DNA of 45,141 nt from Bigelowiella natans CCMP2755 (lineage: Eukaryota; Protista; Cercozoa). The stretch spans positions 1 to 45,141 of the forward strand of contig ADNK01001888.1 of assembly GCA_000320545.1 (NCBI GenBank). The letters are read 5' to 3'. The translations under genes and the position numbers were made by a program. The notes under the pieces were generated by a model. The model was given only the letters and a program-made list of their open reading frames with translations, was not told the origin of the DNA and did not search any database. Every line of letters begins with the position of its first letter. Position 1 is the first letter of the stretch. This document shows positions 1 to 13,840 of this stretch, piece after piece.

Positions 1-10
1 CAGAAAAGCA

Positions 11-61
<51 letters not shown>

Positions 62-64
62 CTC
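11..64. repeat. (CT)n microsatellite, probably intronic in SelO
   Basis: Directly visible tctctc run. Confidence 0.9.
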
Positions 65-139
65 TTACTCATACCTACATTGCACGCAGACGCTCAGAGA
101 GAGAGGGGGGGGGGGGAGGGGAAGTAGCTCATGGGATAC

Positions 140-628
140 CATAGTATCTCTCTGTTCCGATTGCATTTACGAAAACGCATTGAATAGGTGTTGTATTACC
201 AATGTCGACAATAGAAAGGGCATCCAGGGAGGCTGATACAAGGATGGGCTCTTTAATCTAATATCACATGTATTTACCATTATTGCAGTCGCCACCACCT
301 CAGCACACGAATAACATTAAGGAATACAATCATAAATGGCTTGGACGGAATCAGTACCGGAGTTGGATCAACAATGGAGAAGCAGGCTTCAGGAACCGGG
401 GATCTTGGTATGTTACGCTTATCCTACAATAACAAAGAGTCTGATTGAATGGTCTTTCGTATATAGAATTATTCACTGGATGTCAAATATCCTTCAGATT
501 AATCATTAAGGGAAATAAAACTTCTGTGTATATCTTCACTGCACCTTGTCAATTGGAAGTGCTCTTAAGACGAGGTTATCAAATTTTAACTCCTCTAGTT
601 TCTTTGTCTTTTTCCCACCCTTATCCAT
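140..628 (-). CDS. SELO: SelO/YdiU-family protein AMPylase (pseudokinase), 5' exons only; gene runs off the left edge
   Basis: Spliced exons 628-545, 423-358 and 257-200 (GT-AG) give MDKGGKKTKKLEELKFDNLVLRALPIDK-DKRNIPRSPVPEACFSIVDPTP-IKEPILVSASLDALSIVDI. This matches the eukaryotic SelO N-terminus (L.FDN..LR.LP.D...R.V..ACFS.V.PTP...P.LV..S..AL). An acceptor at about 642 suggests further upstream targeting-peptide exons. Confidence 0.8.
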
Positions 629-1283
629 TGTGACGAAAGACCCTAAAGGTAAATTTAGTGAATTTAATTAAGCAGAAGATAATATTACTTCGATCTAGTG
701 ATTAGATTCGACACGTTACTAGGGGCTTTACAAAAAAGAATTCGAGCATTGTTTGCTCTCTCGTTTGTGGTGAGTGTTGTGCACATAGATACACAGAGCC
801 GGAGTAGGAACCGGCCCCATGTTCCATAACACACCACAGGAGTTATCTGTTAAAAGCAGAGACACAAGATGGATGGTATTTCTCTACTCCTAGCACGAGT
901 AAGGGGGGCGGACAGAGGCTTCGTGGTGAGCGCTTCTTCCAAGTTGGGATGCGGGTTTGCTTGCTGCTTTCATGAGAAAAACCATGTCGCAGGTACAGTA
1001 TCACCATGTTGTACCGAAGAATTCCGTGACGGAATTCGTAATTATTTCCTTCGATCTTCACCGGCTTCCAACTGCAGAAAAGGATGCCTGGGACTGACCG
1101 GTTTTGTTGATCAACCGCGATTCCGTTAACCATGAGCGATCCCCAGGTTGTCGTATGTAGTGAATCGGTCTGATTTTGCCGTATTCTCCTTATGAGGAGC
1201 TCTCATGGAAAACGCATCATCAAGCTTGCAACCTCCCCCAAACCAGAAAACAACACATCTCCACTTTTGAGAACAACGCAACC

Positions 1284-2337
1284 ATGGCCGAGGAGCAAAA
1301 GTCGGCCAACGAGGAGATTGTGAAAAAATGTGCTGAGTTCAACCCTGGATGCTATTTGACCTTTTCCGTTGCGAGCTGGGGCTCATTGTTCTACCAGGTG
1401 CGTTTCGAGTGTCGACGTAGTGGCGTTACGTTAACCTTCGTATCGTCTGCTTCGCGCACAGGCTTAAGCATACAGACACGTACACTTGCCGCACGTGCAA
1501 TATACATGAAAATAATGCGTCTAAAAATTTGGCATCTGAATAGAGCATTTTATGTACGATGTATTCAGTGGTCTGCAAAGCCAACCGAATTCAAGAACGA
1601 AATCTTTGCTTACTTCGAGCCAGGGAAGAAAGTGCCGGCTTTCAAGTTCAAAAAGCATGGAGGACAATCAGAGATCATACGTACGTACGCACCGTTCCAA
1701 TTAGCTGTTAACTAGTTTTGATCTAGTGTTGAATATCAGGTGAGATTCAAGCCGGGAAAGGGCAGAGACTGTACGTCGGTATGGAATATGATACATCCTT
1801 TATCTCGATGCCTTGAACGTGAATATTTCAGGCTTTACACACTTCATCAAGGCAGCTATCGAAAACAAGGGGAAGATCGTTTTCTTCTATCCCGAAGTTT
1901 CTGTCCGTGACATCCTTCAAATTAGATTTCGTCGTTCTATGGTTAACAATACTTTTTTTGTAGTGTTTCTATTTGTCGGACGGCAAAGTCCTTCCTTTTG
2001 AGAAGGGAAAAGTGTATGATTTGACACAGATCAAGGTTAATATCTTCTAAATTTCAAGAGAATTTGTTTCGTTGTAGCTGAAAGATATAATATGATACAG
2101 GCCAGTTGCATAGCAGCTATACCCGAAAAGGCTGATACATTTGATGGTTATACGCGCACATTCAGAAAATGAAAAGAAGGAACATTATAAATATAGTACA
2201 TAAACATATTCCTACTTCCTTATATTGTAGAGTGAAGTACCGATCAGGGTTCCGTTTTGACAACAGGTGTGAAAACTTTATCCGGAGAGGCCTTCAAGCA
2301 GAATGCAAATAAAGTCGGAGCATCGCTTGGATTTTAA
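1284..2337 (+). CDS. Immune mapped protein 2 (IMP2/IMP1)-like protein, about 7 exons
   Basis: Spliced product MAEEQ...GCYLTFSVASWGSLFYQ-WSAKPTEFKNEIFAYFEPGKKVPAFKFKKHGGQSEIIR-EIQAGKGQRLYVG-FTHFIKAA...DGVKTLSGEAFKQNANKVGASLGF*. It resembles the IMP2_N signature (L...WS......A.F.P.K.VP.FKF...GG..E.IR). Confidence 0.7.
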
Positions 2338-2908
2338 ATGTATTGCGTCCTGTTCCTACATGAACAACGTATATGTCCTTTGCCTTGACTTATCGATCTG
2401 ATTCACGATCCAGTAATTCTGTTATGATCGAGTCTGACAGCCAATTCATGAACAATTCGTTTGAAACGTAAAATGCCTGGAAGTTACTTTAATGTGACAG
2501 ATGGGATACCATACAGCCTAAGTATACAATTGATTTGTGTACACGCACGCATGCATGGAGTGTTCACATACGATAGCATATGTGTGCACATTTGATGTGG
2601 CGCATCAAAAAAAGCTATAAAGCATAAATGGCACACACACAGTGAGCGCACGTGTACGTGTGTATGGCCAAGACGGATGTAATTAATCAATTAAATTTGC
2701 TCAATGGTCATCCGTGTGCGTGTGTGTGTGTGTGTGTTTGCTTTCTGGCAAAAGAGTGCGGGATGGCACAGGGGTCAATCCCACATGCAAACTGCTTTAC
2801 GCACCACATTATCCACGCATTATATATGCTTTCATCCATGCCATGTTGTTTGTCATACATGCGTGTACATGCGCATAGCAGCGCCTACATGCTAGCAGCT
2901 AGCGTGTC

Positions 2909-3080
2909 ATTTGGCACACATCCGATTTGACGTCGACGAAAAACCAGTCTAGTTCCGTGATCCGTCTCATATGCATAGCTAGATAGCAACGCCTACATGA
3001 TGCTAGCCTAACATCAGATAACGTGTCAGCTCTAGATTTGGCAAACATCCGATTTGACGTCGACGAAAAAACCAGTCTAG
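2909..3080. repeat. Near-identical 44/45-bp direct repeat pair
   Basis: ATTTGGCA(C/A)ACATCCGATTTGACGTCGACGAAAAA(A)CCAGTCTAG at 2909-2952 and 3036-3080, each preceded further upstream by GCCTACATG. Confidence 0.9.
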
Positions 3081-3593
3081 CTAGCTAGCTCCATGAGCAG
3101 TGTGCGCAAGGGCGATTTGTTCTACCCATGTAGTTCGCTTAAAAAAATCACGAGAAATATAGAAATGATATTGGGGTCGTCTAGGTCGTGCACACCGCTA
3201 GACTGCATCTGCTTGTGTGTGCATGCGTGTCTGAGTATGTGTGCTGGACACATGTGACCACCTGGCCACACGTGATGGATTTGCACGTTGTCATCGTCGA
3301 TGCAATAGAGCGTGAACACGAATTGATCGCACAACCTTGCGGTGCACACAGCCCCACATGAATGCGCGCTGTCGGGACTTGCTAGCTTGTTAGCAGTAAA
3401 TTGCGTTACGTCACGGGATCGCGAAGTCGAAGGCAGCCACATGTACATAGGCTAGCAGTATCTACCAGCTACATGGCACGCAACTACGTCATTTGATAAC
3501 ACACTGTTGTAGCGTGTCTGTATAGACGCGTGAACAAGCTCATAGCGGCGCATCATCAAGCTAGTAGCTACTCCAAGAAAAAGCTAGCAACGC

Positions 3594-3630
<37 letters not shown>

Positions 3631-3946
3631 ACTGCAGATAAATTAATAGCTCCACGTGTTTAAAATATGGAGATTCATAACTCAGTTTTGTATGCAAAGA
3701 TATCCCATACCCTTGCATTTTCGTGCCAGCATAGACTGGTCTTTCCCCCCGTTTTGATCTCATTAATGCATGCTGGCTCATGACCCTTGAAAATACTTCG
3801 GGTCACACCAGCACATCATAAATATCATATTGCATTATACAGAGTTTATGCATTCAGTGTTTCAACAATATGTATGTCTGGACCATTCTAAGAGTATAAT
3901 CATCAGTTTTCTGAAATGAATCGGGAAAAACTAGTTTAAATCAATC

Positions 3947-4759
3947 CTAACTTTTGCTGAAAACATTAAAGCCACATGAACAACCGCAACTTCCCGGTAG
4001 TGCTAAAAGCTTTGTACACTCCTGTTATCAATTTTCAGATTATCAGAAAGGAAGGCTTCACATACCAGTAAACTCAATTCAGAAGATACCTTATTTTTAT
4101 GCTTTTTTGCTACACTGAAAGGGCTCTGACTGGCTTCATTTTCTATAGTAGGGTCAGCACCTGAAAATGAGCAAAAATGAATATTCCGCAATTGAAAATT
4201 ACATCGAATCACCTTCTTCTAATGCCCAAGCTATAAAATCTGGCCTATTTTTCTCTGCAGCCAAATGAAGAGGTGTATCTCCTGCCTTTGACTGCACATC
4301 TAGATTCGCCCCCCCTTCAGCCAGCCGCCGAGCAGATTCTGATTATAAGTAGACTATTTCCAATGAATGAAATATGAAGTATTTAAAACTTGCCTAAACT
4401 CCCGAACATCGCCGCCCAATGCATTGGAGTGTATCCATTGTTGTCTTTTGCTTCCACATCCGCTTTGAACTCGATCAGTATCTACATGGTAATAACCTGA
4501 AACCATCCCCTACATATGATTATTGCATAGCAAATCGCTACCTGTACAAGTTCGTGATGTCCATTTCCAACTGCTCTATGAATTGCCCTTCTATTCTGAG
4601 CTCCTCTGAGATTCGGGTCAACTCCATTTTTCAGTAATTCAATGACGTCGTCATCCTTCCCTGTGTTTATGAAAGTATGTTCACTATTTCATTTTTGTGC
4701 TTTCGCTTTATACTTTGACCTAGCTTGGAGGCCTTGTGTATTTCTTGGTCTCTTGGCAT
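3947..4759 (-). CDS. Small ankyrin-repeat protein, multi-exon
   Basis: MPRDQEIHKASKLG-KDDDVIELLKNGVDPNLRGAQNRRAIHRAVGNGH...GYTPMHWAAMFG...GDTPLHLAAEKN...GADPTIENEASQSPF...LPGSCGCSCGFNVFSKS*. Confidence 0.85.
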
Positions 4760-5577
4760 GAGCGTTTGTCAGGGGACAAGGTATCTTCTCACCTTGGGAA
4801 AGAGTCGGAGATCTGTTCGTCTGAAGAAATTTCTCCTGCATTTCTGACAGAGGCTCGGAGTGAAGTAGGCACGCTCTTGCTTCTCTTTTCGCGTAGTGCC
4901 GAAAACAAAAAGGTCTGCGCTGTCCTACGGCGGCCATTTTCCCACCATAATAGCCAGCATTTAGATGTCGTAAAATACAAATAGCCTGTTGAAATATACC
5001 TCTCTCCTGGAAATCGCCCAAGCCTCTCGGGAAATCGGAACACTCACGGAGCATCGCAAATCTATTTTCGTAGATCTACCAGGGTTCGAAGATTTCTCCG
5101 TAACCCATCCTGAGCGCCCTATTTGAGTGCCCTTTTCTTACAGCAGACAATTCCACCTGCAATTGGCCAAAACGACAAGAATTTTCCATCTTGAAACGAA
5201 GAATACAGCATCCGAGAAGGGCAGCGAACAGCAGCGAATTACTTCGATGGACTTTGCGACAAGTGATAAGTGAAACGGAATGAAGAAATGGAGGCTGTTC
5301 CATGTTTCCAGCGTTGGAGCACCTACGAACCCCAATGTGGCAAAGTAGCTCTCCTTCCAAAATCGAAAGGAAAGGTATTTATTTACTTTCTGCGAGGGCA
5401 CGGTAGATTGCTTGCTTGATAAAGTGAATAGGAATTATATTCGGGACTGTTAGATGCAATTCATTTTAATAAAATGGGACACTCAAGGATAGGAGGAAGG
5501 TTTAACAGCTGTCTTTCCTCTGTTGGTTATTTACAGCTTGTCCTCCATTCTTATCGTTCCGTCCATCAACTGCAAAC

Positions 5578-8500
5578 ATGAAGATGAGAAACGGTCACTA
5601 CAACTTGGCTTTTTACAAATATAAACATCGCTATTCTGTTTCCCTTGACAATGTATTAGTTTTAGCACGATTCTGGTTCATTTGCCTAATATGCTTCATG
5701 CCGGTAATGGCCCGCAAGTCGGTCGATCCCAAGGCAAATAAAAATAAGGAGATTCCCGAGGCAATCGCGATTGATGATCAGCACACGTTTCTTCCATTAG
5801 AACTTCACGCAGGCCTTGACCACGAAAGCAAAGAGGATTCCATCGATGAAGATGGACATTTTGCAGCAGCATTAGCTATGAAGCATAGCCACAATCCTCA
5901 CAATCATAACATGTATGTAATCACAACTTCAACGATGTCACACAACAATCTATTTTTTCAGCCTATCTTGAGTTTAACTATACCTTATTAGATCCAAATC
6001 AATTGTGTATCCCTTCTTAGTTTTATCACGCCGTCTCCAAACACCATGGTTCCCACGTCTTCCCCTACGACTAACGCACCTCAAACTTTGATGCCAGTAC
6101 TATTGACTTTAACAAATCTTGCATAATATTCCCTAATAACTATGATGCAAACTCATAGTGCTTTGATACCCTCCTACTAGACCAAGGAATTTGGGAGTTT
6201 CAGCCCAACTAGGAGCCCTTTTACCACATGTCCGACTACCAGAGTACCGGTAACGTGTCAGCCAACCAGGACGCCAACGGATTCATGGCTCACTGCTGCT
6301 CCTTTCACGAAGGCCCCATCCACTACGACTACAGAAGCGCTCGATTTCACATGCATCTTCGAGAGTCTCCCCTTTTATCAGGTCGCGGAGGATCTAGAAA
6401 AGCTTGAGGCCTTCTCCCTTAACATACGCTTCGCCCTTTCCACGTACACGTCTCTGCCTCTCGACATGATCGAGGTATTTGATATGTCAGAGGGGAGTAC
6501 GATTGTAAATGTGAGGGTCTCCATGCAAAAAAAAGATGCTCCTCAAGACCTCGACATCGTGACTCCTCATAATCTGGCAATTAAGCTACTCAGCAACCCG
6601 GCGGAGGTTTTCGAATAAATAACCCTCTTGTACACTGCCAAAATCATAAAATAATCAGAATTGAAAAGATATTTCTGATTCAATCTAGAAATGGATGATA
6701 TTCATGAAGGATATTTGTGAGGTGCTCATGGTTTTTTACTAGGTTTTCAGTGGTACCAATGGATTCGTGGTTGGAGAGTACGGAGTTCCAAGAATCTCTT
6801 CCACCTCAATTCTGACAAAGTCTCCGACTATCTCGTTGTCCCCCACATCTGCAGTCAAAGTTATCACAGTGGAAGGATCTCTCATATTTCCAATGATAGA
6901 ATGTCAAATAGACACCTCTGCCAATGTCACAGCTGTCCTTCAGCGCCACTTCGAAGAAAGTAACAATAAATTATGATTATAAAGAGAGAGTACGGTTGCA
7001 AGAGAATCATCTAAAAACAACGTGAATCGGGAGAACGGATGGAATAATATAATACTTCGTTTTGAAAGATTTGTTAAGTATGTTTGAAGCTTTCTTTCAT
7101 TCTTTACCTGTGAAATGTTTCAAATATTTCTATAGTCCTTCAAGATTCGAAAGTAACTCTTATTGTCAAGCCAGCTGAATGCTCTTCTACTAGTTTTGTT
7201 TTCGAAAAGTAATCCTCTCAAATAAATTATTTTTTGACGATGATGATCAGCTCACATTCATACTCTTCTTTCTCCTCTATCTCTAGCTTGGATTCATATG
7301 AAGGGCAGAAGATTCTTCAGGAGTTTTTGGACGTAAATCTTATGTTCGAAGGTTGGAGAGCAGTAATGATTTTCTTTGTTTATTGTTGAAGTCCAATCCC
7401 AATCTTGATTTTATAGGGGAGGAAGAATGGACCAAGAACGATGTGCGTCTGGGCTCGATAAATCTTGATGCCCCGGTTGAGGAACCTCGGAACGAGGACA
7501 GGGGCGATGACAGCATAGATAGTAAGGTTAATCATGGAACATGGAACATTCTTCCAAGCCATAGTTTATTCAATAGCAATATTATAATGTCTTCTATCGC
7601 TCTCAGGCAACCTTAGCTAGTATGATCGTGTTCGTCTGTGTAAGCGTTGTGACTCTGGGAGTTGGTCTTTACTGCTACGCCATGAGAAGAAAAGCAGACA
7701 AAGAGCTCATCAAGGTTCTTAAGATACCAATTTAGCACAACAAAGAAGTTAATCTTTATTATTATCGCGTCTATATTATAATGATCGGTGCAACCTCTAA
7801 GGACTTAAATATCTTTCTCTTTGTATCAGATTAAATCTGGATCGCAGATAGAACCGTTGAGCCTTGCTGGTATCCCTCAAGATGGCATGCGTCGTCTTTC
7901 CTCGAGCGTTGCCTCCGATCTTGGACGGCGCAGATCTGTCAGCAGTTTGTACGAGGAGGAATCCAAGAGAAGCGCATTCACAACCGACTCAGTGAGAGGT
8001 CCCAATCCTCCTGCAGTATTGGTTCAGGAAGGGAAGGAGAGAGGCAAGAAAAGAGATGTAATCAATGGTGAAACTAGTTGCTCAGAAAAGGATAATGAAC
8101 GACCTCCTGAGGTGGGCGAAAAGAAAAAATCTATCTCCATTCTAGCAGCTAATCCATCGAAGAAAGATAGCAACAGCAAAGACGCAGCTCTTCCATTATC
8201 GAAGTCTACCAGTAATACGGCTGGAATGGTTAGTCCCATTGCGAGCAACGTTACAGCTCAACCACCCATCATCATAGACGTCAGCGCTAATCATGATAGG
8301 GTGAAGGAACAGTTTATCACTCTTGAATCCAAGTCAGGGAGTAGTGGTGTACAAAACAGCGGACAGAACGACACTTCCATTTCTCAACATGGATTGGTCC
8401 TCAGTCGGGTAGTAGCGGCGTAATAACTACAACTAAGCCAGCTAGATCACTCATACAAAGCTGCTACTCATACATTATCTGCCTTATATGCAGTTTTCAC

Positions 8501-8643
8501 TGCTTGCCTTCCTGTGTTTGATATTACAGGTGTCAAGTATCCCAGTGTCCAGTCTCCAAATTCCAGAGGAGGAAAGGGAAGATAATCAAGAGACGTTGGA
8601 AAGTGACCGTGAGCTTACAGCAACAACACAGGAGAATACATGA
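5578..8643 (+). CDS. Predicted type I membrane glycoprotein with Pro/Thr-rich mucin-like stalk and possible SEA-like domains
   Basis: Hydrophobic leader (RFWFICLICFMPVMA), PT-rich exons (6020-6330), SEA-like segment ..IEVFDMSEGSTIVNVRV, a single TM (MIVFVCVSVVTLGVGLYCYAMRRK, about 7620-7695) and a low-complexity Ser/Lys-rich tail ending TQENT* at 8643. Confidence 0.65.
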
Positions 8644-9637
8644 AGCCACCACAGGAAATATTAGGCCTTGTGCTGTTGTAGTTAGTAATATAAGACAGAT
8701 TCATGATGGTACATCGATGGGGATCGTCGAGTTAAGTTTCTCAGAGACTGAAACTTATATGAGGAATCACTATTTACCTGTTCTAATCAGCAATCAAGCT
8801 AAATAATGCTGCTCCAAAATTATTTTGTTTGATAAATTATGGGCACCAATATGTGAGATTAATTCGCCATATGATGCATTTTTCTTGAGAGAAAATAGCA
8901 TTATAATGCACTGCTTTGCATGCAAAGCTTAGTGTATTTGTTTAAAGCCCACCTGCTGATCAAATGAGAATAAGATTATGTGTGCCAGTCTTCAGTAAAG
9001 CTTGAACCTTGATTAATTCTATATTAGGCCGCTGTGTAATATATACATATGCAATGACTGATACCGCAGTACGCACGCATGCAAGCTGCGATGACGTACA
9101 CCGCATGTACTAGTGTAGCAAGTGCACTAGTAGCGCAGTGATTTTTGCTTATTAGTTACAGCTGCGCGCGCGAATGAGTGTTTTAAGTCTCCAAATCGAT
9201 CGATCTTTATTATCACAAGCGATACTTGCATCTCGCGCACAACTTCACTTGAAAGTAATGTCGTTCACAAGAGGGCTCTACTTGTCTAGTTATGCTTGCT
9301 AGCTTGCATAGCCACACAGGTTGTATCGTGTGCGAAGTGTAGGAGCCATACGCATGCACATGCACTGCAGGGTAAATGCCGACTATTAACATTTTCGATG
9401 AATTGCAGAAACGGCACGAAGTGAATTAGTAGCACCAGTTTCATAATTTTGCAAGCGCACAAGCTACTTATGCTCTCGCACGCGGCCCTCCAAACAAAAA
9501 AGGTTGGTGAGCGCGCACGCCACGTAAGAAGATTAGCTAAAAATGATGAACGAGTGAGTGTCGCTATCCATTGCAGCTTCGTCTCCGAACAGCAAGAGAG
9601 TTAAAGCTCAGGAAAGACAGTGCCTCGTCGGATGCTG

Positions 9638-11483
<1,846 letters not shown>

Positions 11484-11687
11484 CTTCCGGTAGAGTGTGC
11501 CGACGACGACAACCATAAAAAAGGGGATTTACCTACAGCGACAATGAGAGTACCAATTGCTAAACTAAGAAAAGTAGACTCGACGAAATGATTCAAACGA
11601 CAAAGAAAAAAATGGTTTTTGATTCATAAATCCCGGTAACGGAAGACATTGCATTTATCCATTGGTACGTGTGCAGGATACGCCACA

Positions 11688-13369
11688 ATGTCCCTGTTAG
11701 AAGCATTGCAACAGAAGCGCTCCAAGCTTAAGAAGACCGGCGGTGAAAAGAAGCAAGAGAGCAAACCCACCCTTATTTGTAAAGGTACAGTATCTTCACA
11801 AATTTTGGAGCACTACCAAGCTTATGTGTCCACATGGTGTTGAATTGACATAACAGGATCTGATGATTACCACCGGCTGATGAAGGAGACCTACATGGAA
11901 GAGTAATTCCGTCTTTATTGCCAATCAATCAACAATTTTCTTTTCTCATTTCTAAATGCATCATTAAAGATACTGGGATAAAATCAAGAGTCTTAGTTTT
12001 CCTACTGAGTTTCATCCGCTCTCGACGAAAACTGCTAGTGCACTCTTGGAGGCGTCGAAAAAATTCGAGGAAGATCCCCGCGCTGAGATAAGCAAAGATG
12101 CGGTTGAGAAAGACGCCAACCTATCGTCCCTAGCAGAGAAAATCAGCGAAATTGCCGCAAAGAATAAGTGGTCGAACATCTTTATACGGCTTTCCTCTCG
12201 TTCCCCCAAAGATGCAGCATTTGCTAAGCACCGATTTGAGCCTTTGGTAGAAGCTGAGACAAAAAACGTTCGCAATTCTGACAAGTCACTTGGCCTCGAA
12301 GACGAAGAGAAATCAGAGTAATACTAAACATAACATGAAAATCGTTGTGTAGGACGGCTTCTCAAATGTTTACTCCAGGTTAAATGTGAAACTGCGTGCA
12401 ATATATCGTGCTTCAACGTATTGCCTCCGAGTTCCGAACGGGGTTGAAGCTGTACGTCTCTTAATTGAAAGTAAGCGTATAAGAGAGGATCTCAAAGATT
12501 TTATCGAAGGCAAGACCGATGTCTTTAACGTCGTGGTGAGGGAGTTTGCGACGTTCGATCCACAGATGGGTATTACGTACTAGGAATAGTAATATTTAAT
12601 ATTGCTTTCGGTGTTCCAACTTCTAATGATAAGTGATGATTGTGGTGGTATTGGTGGTGGTGGTGATGATGATATTGATGATAGTAGTGATCTTCATTGG
12701 TGATATTAAATCCACTAGTCTTGTGAGTAAGCAAACCATTCTTGGTAACCAGAATTTCGGGCATTTGTGAATAACGGAAAGCTGACAGCACTGACACAGT
12801 ACAACGACCTGTGCTACTTCCCATTCGTTGTTCGAGCGAATAAGCAAATTATTGACCGTCTGCGAGATGAATATGAAAAAACGCTTAAGAAGAAGGTTGG
12901 TGTGAAAATTTCCTTCTGGCATTGCTAAATATAGACAGATGTATTGTGTACGCCTTTTAGGACCGATTAGATACTATCATCATCATCATCGCCACCACCA
13001 CCACCACCAGTATAATTTCTTGGTAACAATTCTATTGCTTTTGTGCAGATCCCCTTGTCAAGCTGTGTGCTCGACCTTGTATTCTGTCCCGGTGTTGAAA
13101 ATGACAAGAAACAGGACAAAGAAACTTCAACTTCAGAGAATTTTCTTAGGGATATCATAGATTCCATGGATGTTATGGTCATAGAAGTCAATCCGCTCGC
13201 AGAATTTGCAGGTTCCGGTATGTTTCAGTGGGAAAAGGCAAAGGACAAGAACATTCTGCTAGGAGTATCCCCTTTCGAGTTTAGATATCAATCACGCATT
13301 CCAAGCAAGGGTTTCGTTAGGGCAAATATCGCCCCAAAATGGATTCATGTTGTTGATGGTTGCTCATAA
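11688..13369 (+). CDS. CDC123-like (R2K clade) ATP-grasp protein with N-terminal WH2-like motif, multi-exon
   Basis: IFIRLSSRSPKDA, LLIESKRI..DL, VVVREF, EFRAFVNNGKLTALTQY, VLDLVF and IEVNP..EFAGSGMFQW are typical of CDC123/R2K enzymes. The N-terminus is LLEALQQKRSKLKKT. Confidence 0.8.
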
Positions 13370-13840
13370 ATAACAAAAGGATTGCTATGGAACATACATG
13401 CAGATGCAGGCGTGAAAAAAATAATGTTGCATTATCAGACAGAAGCAGTGTTGGTATGCATGTAATACTTACGATACGACTAAGCTCGAGATTTTCCTTC
13501 TTCTAACAAATAGAGCAACGTTTAATAGATATGTCGCTAGCGGCAGCATGTGATCACCACACGCAGAGAGACGTGCACACGTACATGTACTGTGTGTCAT
13601 CATTAGATCGGCTATGCATTCAGACCAAGTCATCCTGATCGACGTGAGAGCCACATAGCACATGTTCGTGGCGCTCGTGGTTTGGCAAACATTAGCTGGA
13701 TTTAGCACAACTTCGCGGATCGTATATGCATTGCACTTTCTAATGACATTTCGAATATAGAAGATACTGATATACCCAAGAAATCAATCCAAGCGTACAG
13801 TATTTGATTTTGCTATTCATCTTCTATAATCTACCTCAAA

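Noticed and set aside
140-628. Selenocysteine/SECIS claim for SelO
   Set aside because: The C-terminus and 3' UTR lie outside the window.
2484-3781. Cys/His/Met-rich short ORFs in convergent spacers (also 13469, 19198, 20348, 25593-25929, 35504-36126)
   Set aside because: Composition is a by-product of TG/CA-rich DNA, with no splice or domain support.
4689-5401. Several overlapping 80-120 aa ORFs between the ankyrin and membrane-protein genes
   Set aside because: No recognisable domains; the region looks like a divergent promoter/UTR.
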